From: Acidobacteriota bacterium
GTDB lineage: Bacteria > Acidobacteriota > Vicinamibacteria > Vicinamibacterales > CAVVIG01
DNA length: 64,000 nucleotides
Reading direction: 5' to 3'
Assembly: GCA_025463215.1 (NCBI GenBank)
Contig: JAOBWF010000119.1
Span: forward strand, 1,840-65,839
In this document: positions 36,601 to 43,841 of the stretch, piece by piece
How the letters are laid out: every line of letters begins with the position of its first letter
Numbering within the stretch: position 1 is the first letter of the stretch
The notes under the pieces: generated by a model
The model's input: the letters and a program-made list of their open reading frames with translations, nothing else
Told to the model about the DNA's origin: nothing
Databases searched by the model: none
Program-made: the position numbers and the translations under genes

Positions 36601-38570
36601 CGTTGGCGGGTGCGGACAATCCACAGACCGCCGGCGAAGTTGTTTGGGCGGACGGCGCCGGTGGCGAGGCGCGGTTCAGGCGGCCGACGGGCGTGGCAGT
36701 GGATCTCGCTGGCACCGTGTACGTTGCCGACGAACTCAATCACGTCATCCGCAAAGTCACTAGCGCTGGCTCGGTGACCACGTTCGCCGGTGCCCATGGC
36801 AGCAGCGGCTCGGAGGACGGCGTTGGAAGTGCTGCGCGGTTCTTCCGTCCCAATGGTGTAGCCGTGGACAGCGTCGGAACGGTCTACGTCGCGGATACAA
36901 ACAACTCGACGATTCGGAAAATCACGAGCGATGGAGTGGTCACGACGCTCGCAGGAGAGGCGGGAGAGGGAGGTTTCGCGGATGGAAGCCCGCCTGCCGC
37001 ACGGTTCAGCCTTCCGACCGCGCTTGCGCTGGACGGCCTGGGCAACCTGTACGTGGCGGACACCGGCAATCAGACGATTCGCCGCATCGTGCTCGTGCCG
37101 ACCGCCCCGGCCGGCGCTGGGCCGGCCGCATCGCTCACCCCCGCGAGTCTGACGTTTGCGAGCCAGGCCCTGAATGCCGCTAGCGTCACTCAACGCATCA
37201 CGATCACGAATAGCGGCGCCGCTCCGCTGGTATTCGGTTCCATCTCAACGACGGCTGAGTTCAACCAAACCAACACGTGCGCCACACTGCCCGTCGGTGC
37301 GACCTGCACAGTGGATGTCGCATTTCGGCCAACGGCAGGCCAACTCCGAACCGGCGCATTGGTGCTTGCCACCAACGACCCTCACAGTCCAACGACGATT
37401 CCGATGAGCGGGCGCGGAGGGTTTCCAGCGTTCTCGTTCAGCCCCTCGCCACTGCTGTTTGCAAATCAACCGATCGGCACGACGAGCGGTAGTCTGCGGA
37501 TCGTGTTGACCAACAGCGGCCAAGACACGCTCAGCATCGGTTCCGTCGCGACGACCGGTCCGTTTTCACCCGTAACCGGCTGTCCGACGCTGAATCCCGC
37601 TGCAGGCTGCAATCTCGATGTGACCTTCACGCCAACGACGGCCGGCATTCAATCGGGATTGTTGATCGTCACGGACACCGGCGGTTCGCCGCACCAAGTG
37701 ACACTCACAGGATCCGGATTTGCAATCGCACCCGTCTCGACGCCGCCAGGCTCGAGCGTGCCCGTCCAGAGCGCGGGAGCGGCGATCACCTTCACAACCG
37801 TAACCGAAGGCGGTGTTACGACCGTAACGGCCCTCGGCGCTCCGACACAACTAAATCTCAGTGTCCCGGGAGGATTCGCAATCACTGGGAGCAGCTTGGC
37901 GTTCGAGATCCATACCAGCGCCGTCTTCGCGGGAAATGTCCAAGTCTGCTTCGATGCGCATGCGCTATCAAACGATGACTTCGCAGTCGCCGTGGTGCTT
38001 CATGGTGAAGGCGGCGCCCTTGTGCCGTACCCGACCACGCGATATTCGGTGACGCGGATGCTGTGTGCCGTCGTGCCGTCGCTAAGCCCGTTCGTGATCG
38101 GCACCATCGTCGACTCACGTCTCAGCCTTCCGTTCTCGAATCAACCGCCGGTCTGCTCAACAGCAACGGGCACGACGTTGCCGATGTACCCGATGGACCA
38201 CGGCCTCCGATTCGTATCTATCGCACACGTGACCGATCTCGACGGCGATCCGCTCGCCACCAGAATTATCGCGATCTGCCAAGACGAGCTCACGAACTTT
38301 GAAAACATGGCCGCTTATGCGATCGACGGGGCGGGTCTCGGCACCGCAACCGCCGCGATTCGCGCAGAGATCAGCGGTACCCGCGCAACCCCGAGCAACG
38401 GTCGCGTGTATCACATCTTCTTCAACGGTGACGATGGCAGGGGCGGGATGTGCTCCGGCGAAATAAAGATCGGGGTGCCGACATCGCCGACCGGCACAGC
38501 GATCGACGGCGGTGCCATGTACGACTCGACGAAGTCTAGCGGCGCGTGCAGGGTGCCAGGAGGACTTTAG
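33618..38570 (+). CDS. Giant secreted multidomain protein (Gly-rich beta-helix-like, Ig-like repeats, NHL propeller, choice-of-anchor-D-like domains)
   Basis: 1650 aa with a signal peptide. GGxGGxGG runs with FVN motifs. Three 81-aa repeats (Q TI.F..L....FG.GP..L.A.ASSNLPV.F.S.TP..C...GN.VTLL.VG.CSITA). Six NHL-like blades (G.A.D..GN.YVAD..N..IRKIT). Two L.F..Q..G..S......TNSG...L.I.S....G.F......C.......C...V.F.P domains. The last 330 aa or so are unassigned. Confidence 0.85.
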   Translation: MNRYLPVCVMASFVFLMAAAAAADQLTVTLNTDTWGGVPGRQGEVGDLRWTLLVAGEGDTIVFDCGSPCHVILRAPLAPITHDVTIDGGPLGTIIDGDNVHRVFFVDTGHVVLRNLRIQNGRAKGGDGGPGHRGSGGGGGLGAGGGLFVNQTAASATLIDVSFVNCSAVGGAGGGSIAGNGGGGGGGLLFPGGAGVGGAGGGGGGIYGAGADSGPGLDAGNGGDGGGAGGAPGMVWCVLQCPIGIPGNAGWAFTTNAPATTSALWINNSLNAINGSMSQTIFVFSAGNGGFGGGGGGGAPSNFFHDGPAGKGGFGGGGGGGAGALVREFGGDGGPGGGGGAGGVLDSQNSAGEPGLGGLLANGVYGGRGDFLNNESTGGGGAAAGPAVFVNQGSLTTSNSASTGSIARPGGGGATADATPVFNYGGMVNGSTEVGPIASALSLSISMLSIQQSFSAPDIPLGGITTLTIAITNPNSSEVLSDVSFVDYLPAGLTVATPDGLTAACDGFLFQRSYGAFIAAGNVVSTSGAQLFPGASCFYSVNVIGTALGRQTNSIRVGLRYATGAPSLAAVTVGAQTITFNAVPPITFDAGPALLSAAASSNLPVTFTSITPSICAPVGNTVTLLAVGTCSITANQSGGTTYAAAATVTQSFGITAGTQTIAFGALPNAGFGSGPITLTAIASSNLPVSFFSITPIVCAAGGNIVTLLSVGACSITATRAGTANYAAAANVTQSFLINAGAQTIAFAPLSTAAFGAGPVALVATASSNLTVTFVSTTPAICGVIGDTVSLVNVGTCSITASQGGSASYLAAQSVAGNLTVKRFEYSLVTTVAGTQGQEGTTDGTASTARFSLPKGIAADAGGSLYVADTFNHTVRKITVGGVVSTVAGLGGVSGEADGTGDAARFLYPAGVAVDPSNNVYVADTSNHTIRKITSAGVVTTLAGTASTRGASDGTGSGAQFFFPTGIGLDTSGNLYVGDQNNNKVRKITPAGVVSTLAGADNPQTAGEVVWADGAGGEARFRRPTGVAVDLAGTVYVADELNHVIRKVTSAGSVTTFAGAHGSSGSEDGVGSAARFFRPNGVAVDSVGTVYVADTNNSTIRKITSDGVVTTLAGEAGEGGFADGSPPAARFSLPTALALDGLGNLYVADTGNQTIRRIVLVPTAPAGAGPAASLTPASLTFASQALNAASVTQRITITNSGAAPLVFGSISTTAEFNQTNTCATLPVGATCTVDVAFRPTAGQLRTGALVLATNDPHSPTTIPMSGRGGFPAFSFSPSPLLFANQPIGTTSGSLRIVLTNSGQDTLSIGSVATTGPFSPVTGCPTLNPAAGCNLDVTFTPTTAGIQSGLLIVTDTGGSPHQVTLTGSGFAIAPVSTPPGSSVPVQSAGAAITFTTVTEGGVTTVTALGAPTQLNLSVPGGFAITGSSLAFEIHTSAVFAGNVQVCFDAHALSNDDFAVAVVLHGEGGALVPYPTTRYSVTRMLCAVVPSLSPFVIGTIVDSRLSLPFSNQPPVCSTATGTTLPMYPMDHGLRFVSIAHVTDLDGDPLATRIIAICQDELTNFENMAAYAIDGAGLGTATAAIRAEISGTRATPSNGRVYHIFFNGDDGRGGMCSGEIKIGVPTSPTGTAIDGGAMYDSTKSSGACRVPGGL
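35337..36080 (+). repeat. Three tandem 243-bp coding repeats (Ig-like domains) inside the giant gene
   Basis: Protein repeats begin GAQTITFNAVPP, GTQTIAFGALPN and GAQTIAFAPLST. Antisense ORFs in the track (35231..35536, 35540..35788, 35789..36013) mirror the periodicity. Confidence 0.7.
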
Positions 38571-38613
38571 CGGGGGGCGGGGAAACGACCGTCAGTCGGT
38601 GCGTCAGATATAT

Positions 38614-38735
38614 ATTGATCGACTCGGTCGTAATTCGAAGCATCTAATCACGCTCCTCGAAGATCTTCAGGCGCTGGGCGTGCGTTCGTGTCGCTGGCCG
38701 AGGGCATCGACGCCATGACGCCAGCCGGGCTGACC
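38614..38735 (+). pseudogene. Serine recombinase (resolvase/invertase) fragment
   Basis: IDRLGRNSKHLITLLEDLQALGVR, then (after a 1-nt gap) VSLAEGIDAMTPAG. This is the conserved central block of the resolvase catalytic domain. The N-terminus and the HTH are absent. Confidence 0.5.
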
Positions 38736-38951
38736 GCTAGCTGCAGCCAAGCGTCGCCCGCCAGTTCGGGCGCCTGATGCGTCCGTCATAGCCACGGTCG
38801 TCACGCGTTCCGGTCGGGCGCTTGCCGGCCATTGGCGGTTCGAGTGCCCGATGAACTCCTCCCGTCGCCTCAGCCTATGCGAGCGCCAAGACGACGGACC
38901 TGCGAGACGCTACAATCCGTTGTGGCGTGTGGTCCCGCGTTGTCCCGTTCG

Positions 38952-39063
38952 TTACACTTGCGGTGACACATGCCGATCGGCGGCGGCGATCGTCCACGAG
39001 TCGGGCGATTTCAGGCGAGATTTCGACGCGGAGGGATGGCCGAGTGGTCGATGGCGGTGGTCT
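38952..39063 (+). repeat. Right copy of the island-bounding repeat (tRNA-Ser upstream flank plus nt 1-34)
   Basis: Partner of 25658-25771. See that feature. Confidence 0.6.
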
Positions 39064-39119
39064 TGAAAACCACTGAACCGGAAACGGTTCCGGGGGTTCG
39101 AATCCCTCTCCCTCCGCCA
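39030..39119 (+). tRNA. tRNA-Ser (anticodon UGA)
   Basis: GGAGGGA acceptor pairs with TCCCTCC. Anticodon stem GTGGT/ACCAC with loop CTTGAAA. Long variable arm, GGTTCGAATCC T-loop, and encoded CCA. Confidence 0.9.
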
Positions 39120-39233
39120 AATGATTGGCAACAGCGTTGATTTAGCAGCGAGAGTGGACGCTGGTTAACGCTGACCATCTCGTGATTGTCCGTGTCGCTT
39201 TACGTGGTAGCAGGCCCGACAATTGCGCGAGCG

Positions 39234-39419
39234 TCAGGACGTCGATACCTTGAGCTGATCGCGCGGTTCGCGGCCGCTCATTCCAGTGTTGTAAACGGGC
39301 GTGTCCGGTTCGAATTCCTGACCGCGCGAGAGCGCGCCGACCCTGACCGGATCGAAACCGGCGTCGCGCACGAGGCCGGCGACGACGTCCATCGCGGCGC
39401 TGTCGGGGCCAGCTCGGCT
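39234..39419 (-). pseudogene. C-terminal fragment of an NADP oxidoreductase (COG2085 / F420-type dinucleotide-binding enzyme)
   Basis: AGPDSAAMDVVAGLVRDAGFDPVRVGALSRGQEFEPDTPVYN resembles the C-terminal GDD..A...V..L....GF.PVD.G.L block. The frame is closed by a stop just upstream, so only about 60 codons remain. Confidence 0.35.
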
Positions 39420-39530
39420 TCAAGGCGCGAAGGTCGCCTATTGACGCGCCGCGCGTGGAACCCCGAGCCGGTGAACTGGCGTCTAAGCATCTGCTCGTTC
39501 GTCAATCCGCATTTCGCAAGGAGCCGACCC

Positions 39531-40103
39531 ATGGCATTTCGACGCGCACTCTCCACGCTGTCGCTCGTCGCGCTCGTCTCCGTCGCCGGCGCACCGGCGC
39601 GCGCTCAGGACGTCATCAGCAAGGACGACGCCGCGCTGGTGAAGGCCTCGTTCCTGAACGATCTCGAAAACATGCGTGTCAAGTTCGTCGGGCTTGCGGA
39701 AGCCTTTCCGCAGGACAAATACACATGGCGGCCAATGGAGGGCGTCCGGTCGGTGTCCGAAGTGTTCATGCTCGCCGCGATGGAAGGCTACAGCTTCATT
39801 CCGACGTCGTTCGGCGCCAAGGCGGCCGCCCTCGGCACGCGCGAAGAGATGGGCACGCTGCGCACGCTGACCGACAAAGCGCAGGTGATCGATCACCTCA
39901 ATAAGGGATTCGCCCACGCCAAGGCGGAACTGACGGCGCTCGACCCGGCCACGCTGACCGCAAAGCGCAAGATCGTCGTTTCGCCGAACCCGGTCGCGGT
40001 CACCGACATCGCGCTCGGCATCGGCGGCGACCTGCACGAGCACCTCGGCCAGATGATCGCGTACGCGCGCGTGAACCACATCGTACCGCCGTGGAGTAAG
40101 TAG
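39531..40103 (+). CDS. DinB-family protein with signal peptide
   Basis: AAGGAG upstream of ATG 39531. Signal peptide MAFRRALSTLSLVALVSVAGAPARA. The C-terminal GGDLHEHLGQMIAYARV motif is typical of the DinB superfamily four-helix bundle. Confidence 0.8.
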   Translation: MAFRRALSTLSLVALVSVAGAPARAQDVISKDDAALVKASFLNDLENMRVKFVGLAEAFPQDKYTWRPMEGVRSVSEVFMLAAMEGYSFIPTSFGAKAAALGTREEMGTLRTLTDKAQVIDHLNKGFAHAKAELTALDPATLTAKRKIVVSPNPVAVTDIALGIGGDLHEHLGQMIAYARVNHIVPPWSK

Positions 40104-40129
40104 GAGCCGCACGGCGCGGCGGGGGCCGA

Positions 40130-40516
40130 TTACGCCGCGGTGATGTCGGTGTGTGTGAAATCTTCGCCGACGAACAGCAGCGAGTCGTTCGCGGTCGCCG
40201 CCGCCGCGTAGGCGAGACAGTCGCCGAAGTTCAGCGCCGCTTTGTGACGGCCACGGCCGAACCTGAGAAACGCGTCGGTCGCCGCGTGCCATTCCCGTTC
40301 GCCGAACGGCACGACGGTGACCCCCAATTCCTGCACCACCGCCCGAACCTCGCCGGCCGAGCCGGCCTTTCGGCGGCTAGCGAACACGATGCTGGTCTCG
40401 ACCAGCGTCGGTGCCCCGACGCGCACGCCGGGCGCCGACAGAATTCTGTCGATCAGATCGAGATGCCCGTGTTCGCCGAACATGATGGCGATCAGCGCCG
40501 ACGAATCGAGCGTCAT
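40130..40516 (-). CDS. vapC: Type II toxin VapC (PIN-domain ribonuclease)
   Basis: MTLDSSALIAI... (Asp near the N-terminus), ...FGDCLAYAAA..., ...LLFVGEDFTHTD. This is the classical PIN acidic quartet pattern. ATGA overlap with the upstream antitoxin. Confidence 0.85.
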   Translation of the reverse strand: MTLDSSALIAIMFGEHGHLDLIDRILSAPGVRVGAPTLVETSIVFASRRKAGSAGEVRAVVQELGVTVVPFGEREWHAATDAFLRFGRGRHKAALNFGDCLAYAAAATANDSLLFVGEDFTHTDITAA

Positions 40517-40782
40517 ACGCCGTCCGCGCCGAAGCCGAGGATTTCGTCTTCCTCGGCCCGCGTGAGCCGGCGGCCCCGCTCGGCGTCGGGCAGGGTGACC
40601 CACACTTTCTTCTGGAGCAATTTCAAGACGCGATCCCGCCGCTGTTCGATCGACCGCCCTTTCAAGCGCTCCTGACGTTCCTGCAGGGCGCGGCGGATCG
40701 CTTCGGTTTTGGATTCGCCGGTCATGCGGGCCACCTCGGCGGCCAGCCGCTCGACGTCCGCATTCTTGAGGTTGAGCGCCAT
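40513..40782 (-). CDS. vapB: Type II antitoxin VapB (FitA/Rv0623-like)
   Basis: MALNLKNADVERLAAEVARMTGESKTEAIRRALQERQERL is the conserved N-terminus of this antitoxin type. 89 aa. Confidence 0.75.
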   Translation of the reverse strand: MALNLKNADVERLAAEVARMTGESKTEAIRRALQERQERLKGRSIEQRRDRVLKLLQKKVWVTLPDAERGRRLTRAEEDEILGFGADGV

Positions 40783-40850
40783 GATTACACCATGGTATAT
40801 CACAAAGGGTGTAACGGTGTAAACATCGCGTTCCGGCAGACGGCCGGCGG

Positions 40851-42137
40851 TCAACGGGCGAGCAGAAGAAGACCGGCCGACACGACCGAGAGCAGCCACA
40901 GCATCACGCCGACCTCACGCGCCCGTCCTGCGACCGTGTAGAGCAGCGCATGCAGCAGAAAGCCCCACAAAATGCCCTGTGTAATGGACAGAGTGAGCGG
41001 AATCAATACGATCGTCACGAAGGCCGGCAACGCGTCTTCGATCGACGAGAAATCGATCGTCGCGACTGATTGAAACATCGCCACACCGACGAGCACGAGC
41101 ACCGGCGCGGTCGCGTACGCCGGAACGGCGGCGGCCAGCGGCGCGAGAAACAGGCAGGGCACGAAACAGAGCGCGGTGACCACCGACGCCCGCCCGGACC
41201 GTCCGCCCATGCGGATCCCGGCGATGCTCTCCACGTACGCGGTGCCTGGCGACGTCCCGGCGAGCCCCGACGTCATCGTCGCGAACGCGTCGACGATCAG
41301 CCCGCGGCGCAGGTTGAGGGGCCGGCCGTCGGCGTCGGTCAGGCCGGCGGCGGTCGCGACGCCGATGAACGTGGACAGCGAATCGAACAGATCCGTGAAG
41401 AAGATCGCGACGATCGACGGCAGCAGCGCGGGCGTCAAGGCGCCGCGGATGTCTAGCGCGAGGAACGCCGACGAGAAGTCGGGCGCACTGACGACCGCCG
41501 ACGGCCTCGTCGCGTAGCCGAGCGTCCACGCCAGCGCCGTCACGGCGGCGATCGCGGCGAGAAACGCGAGCGGGTTGCTGCGCCGGATCAGCACCGCGGC
41601 GATCACAATCCCGAGCAGCAGAAACGCGGCCCGATGATCGAGCGTGCCCATCCGCACGAGCGTGGCCGGATCGCCGACGATCAGCCCGGCATTGCGCAGG
41701 CCGATGAACGTCAGCAGCAGGCCGATCCCGGCGGCGGCGGCCTTGCGCAGCGATGGCGGGATCGCCAGTGCGATCTGCTCGCGCAGCGGCGTCATCGACA
41801 CCACCAGAAACAGCACGCCGGCCCAGAACACCATCCCGAGCGCCGTCTGCCATCGCACCTGATGCTGCAGCACGATCGTGAACGCGAAAAACGCGTTGAG
41901 CCCCATGCCCGGCGCGACCGCGAACGGCAGCCGCGCGTACAGCCCCATCAGCAGCGTCATGCTGCCGGCGATCAGCACCGTCGCGGTCAGTGCGCCGCTG
42001 AACGGCATCCCGGTGCCCGCGGTCGACAGAATCGCCGGGTTGACGACGACGATGTACGCCATGGTGAAGAAGGTGGTGACGCCACCGATCACGTCGCCGT
42101 ACAAGGCGGGCTCCCGCGGCGCAGATGGTTGAGTCAT
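40851..42137 (-). CDS. NCS2-family purine (adenine/guanine/hypoxanthine) permease
   Basis: 428 aa, polytopic. The FFTMAYIVVVNPAIL and GTSPGTAYVESIAGI blocks are typical of the AzgA/PbuG-type NCS2 branch. Confidence 0.88.
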   Translation of the reverse strand: MTQPSAPREPALYGDVIGGVTTFFTMAYIVVVNPAILSTAGTGMPFSGALTATVLIAGSMTLLMGLYARLPFAVAPGMGLNAFFAFTIVLQHQVRWQTALGMVFWAGVLFLVVSMTPLREQIALAIPPSLRKAAAAGIGLLLTFIGLRNAGLIVGDPATLVRMGTLDHRAAFLLLGIVIAAVLIRRSNPLAFLAAIAAVTALAWTLGYATRPSAVVSAPDFSSAFLALDIRGALTPALLPSIVAIFFTDLFDSLSTFIGVATAAGLTDADGRPLNLRRGLIVDAFATMTSGLAGTSPGTAYVESIAGIRMGGRSGRASVVTALCFVPCLFLAPLAAAVPAYATAPVLVLVGVAMFQSVATIDFSSIEDALPAFVTIVLIPLTLSITQGILWGFLLHALLYTVAGRAREVGVMLWLLSVVSAGLLLLAR

Positions 42138-42168
42138 CGAGGTGCGCGCATGCTACGCTGTCGCCCGC

Positions 42169-43011
42169 GTGAACACCAAACGCGCTCCGTCGCTGATCGC
42201 GGCGTTGGCTGTCACCGCCCTGCTGACCGCATGCGGCACGCCTGAACCGGCGCGCCCGGTCGTGGTGCAGGGCGCGATGGACGTCGAGACCCGCGGGCTC
42301 GCTGGGGCCATCGAGCACCCGGTCGAAGAGACGATCGGCGGCTGGACGTTCTGGCGCGGCACGATCGACGGCTACCCGGTTGTCATTTCCAAGACGCTGA
42401 AAGGGATGGCGAATGCCGCCGCGGCGACCGCGCTCGTCGCGGAGCGCTTCCATCCGGCGGCGATCATCAACCAGGGCACGGCCGGCGGCCACACGCCCGA
42501 GCTCCACGTCTTCGACATCGTACTGGGGACCGAGTCGGTGAATCTCGGATCCTTCAAGACCGGCTATCGCCCGCGCGGCGGCGGCAGCCATTACGAGGAG
42601 TGGAGTCCGCTCGACCTGATGCGCGGCGAGGGCAGCGCCGGCCAGGATCCAGCCGCGCGGACCATGCGCCGCTATGCCGGAGACGACGGGCTGCTCTCCG
42701 CGGCGCGGACCGTCCGCGATCGCTATCGCACGGGGCACGTCGTCGACGGCGTGATCGGATCGAGCGACGTCTGGAACAGCGAGATCGATCGGATCGCGCG
42801 ATTCCACGATCAATACGGCACGACCGCCGAGGAGATGGAGACCGCGTCGGCGGCGCAGATCGCGGGCCTGTTCCACATCCCGTTCCTCGGCATCCGCGTG
42901 GTGTCCAACAACATCACGAACGGCGACACCTACGACGCGAAGGTGGGCGAGGCCTGTCAGGCGTACGTGCGCGAGGTGGTGAAGGCGTACATCCGAAAGG
43001 TGAAGCGATGA
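42169..43011 (+). CDS. Nucleoside phosphorylase-fold lipoprotein (MTA/SAH nucleosidase-like)
   Basis: GTG 42169 gives MNTKRAPSLIAALAVTALLTAC (lipobox). VVVQGAMDVE...GMANAAAATALVAERFHPAAIINQGTAGG...EMETASAAQIA matches the PNP_UDP_1 / Pfs pattern. Confidence 0.7.
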   Translation: MNTKRAPSLIAALAVTALLTACGTPEPARPVVVQGAMDVETRGLAGAIEHPVEETIGGWTFWRGTIDGYPVVISKTLKGMANAAAATALVAERFHPAAIINQGTAGGHTPELHVFDIVLGTESVNLGSFKTGYRPRGGGSHYEEWSPLDLMRGEGSAGQDPAARTMRRYAGDDGLLSAARTVRDRYRTGHVVDGVIGSSDVWNSEIDRIARFHDQYGTTAEEMETASAAQIAGLFHIPFLGIRVVSNNITNGDTYDAKVGEACQAYVREVVKAYIRKVKR

Positions 43012-43841
43012 ACAGGCAGGAGGCTCAAGGTGCGACGGTGCGGGGTGCGACGGTGCGGGGTGCGAGGGTGCGGGGTGCGACGGTGCGGGGTGCAGCGAGC
43101 GTCGCCGTTGCGGTGCTGCTGAACCTGGGCGCCGCGCAGCTCCATCCGGGGGAATATGCGCCGGCCGACATCGCCTACGGCTCGCGTCTCTACGACGCCC
43201 AGTGCACCACGTGCCACGGCGCCAGCGGCGACGGCGTCGGCGGCGTCGATCTGCGCAGCGGGAAATTCAGGAACGCGGTCACGGACCAGGACCTGACGCG
43301 CGTGGTGACGACCGGCATACCCGGCACCGGGATGCAGGCGTTCAAGTTCGACGCATCGGAAATCTCGGGCATCATCGCGTTTCTGCGCAACATGAACGCG
43401 TTCGATCGCGGATCGGTCACGGTCGGCGACGCCGCGCGCGGCCGGGCGGTGTTCGACGGCAAGGGTGCCTGCGCGCGCTGTCATCGGATCGGCACGCAAG
43501 GCTCGCGCGTTGCGCCGGATCTCAGCGACATCGGCGCCATCCGCAGCGCCGGCTCCCTGCCGCGCTCGCTGATGGATCCCACCAGCCAGATGATGCCCAT
43601 CAACCGTCCGGTGCGCGCCGTCACCCGCGACGGCAAGGTCGTCAACGGCCGCCGGCTGAATGAGGACACGTATACGGTGCAGCTGATCGACGATCAGGAG
43701 AGGCTGGTCTCGCTCGCCAAGAGCGATCTCGCGGAGTTCACCATCGCCACCGTCTCGCCGATGCCGTCGTTCAGCAGCCGGCTGACGCCGGACGAAATCG
43801 CCGACGTCGTCGCCTACCTGCTGTCGCTGAAAGGACGATGA
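43008..43841 (+). CDS. Dihaem c-type cytochrome
   Basis: Two CxxCH motifs (CTTCH, CARCH). ATGA overlaps with both neighbours. The N-terminal region contains the GATVR tandem repeat. Confidence 0.8.
   Translation: MNRQEAQGATVRGATVRGARVRGATVRGAASVAVAVLLNLGAAQLHPGEYAPADIAYGSRLYDAQCTTCHGASGDGVGGVDLRSGKFRNAVTDQDLTRVVTTGIPGTGMQAFKFDASEISGIIAFLRNMNAFDRGSVTVGDAARGRAVFDGKGACARCHRIGTQGSRVAPDLSDIGAIRSAGSLPRSLMDPTSQMMPINRPVRAVTRDGKVVNGRRLNEDTYTVQLIDDQERLVSLAKSDLAEFTIATVSPMPSFSSRLTPDEIADVVAYLLSLKGR
43029..43094 (+). repeat. 15-bp tandem repeat, about 4.4 copies (ggtgcgacggtgcgg)
   Basis: Read directly: units at 43029, 43044, 43059 (one mismatch) and 43074, plus a partial unit. It encodes GATVRGATVRGARVRGATVRGA at the N-terminus of the cytochrome. 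Confidence 0.85.

Larger units (their letters stand above)
25772..39029. mobile_element. Composite, decayed integrative genomic island at tRNA-Ser(UGA)
   Basis: Bounded by the repeat pair 25658-25771 and 38952-39063. Contains one near-full and two fragmentary tyrosine integrases, a resolvase fragment, accessory secreted proteins and visibly AT-richer tracts (about 30.4-33.6 kb). Confidence 0.5.

Noticed and set aside
40915-42876. 653-aa minus-strand ORF across the NCS2 permease and nucleosidase genes
   Set aside because: It is out of frame with the permease and antisense to the nucleosidase. It has extreme Arg/Asp/Gly content.
43029-43094. Possible CRISPR-like array
   Set aside because: These are contiguous 15-bp units without spacers, lying inside a coding region. 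This is a simple tandem repeat, not a CRISPR array. No other repeat-spacer structure was seen in the window.
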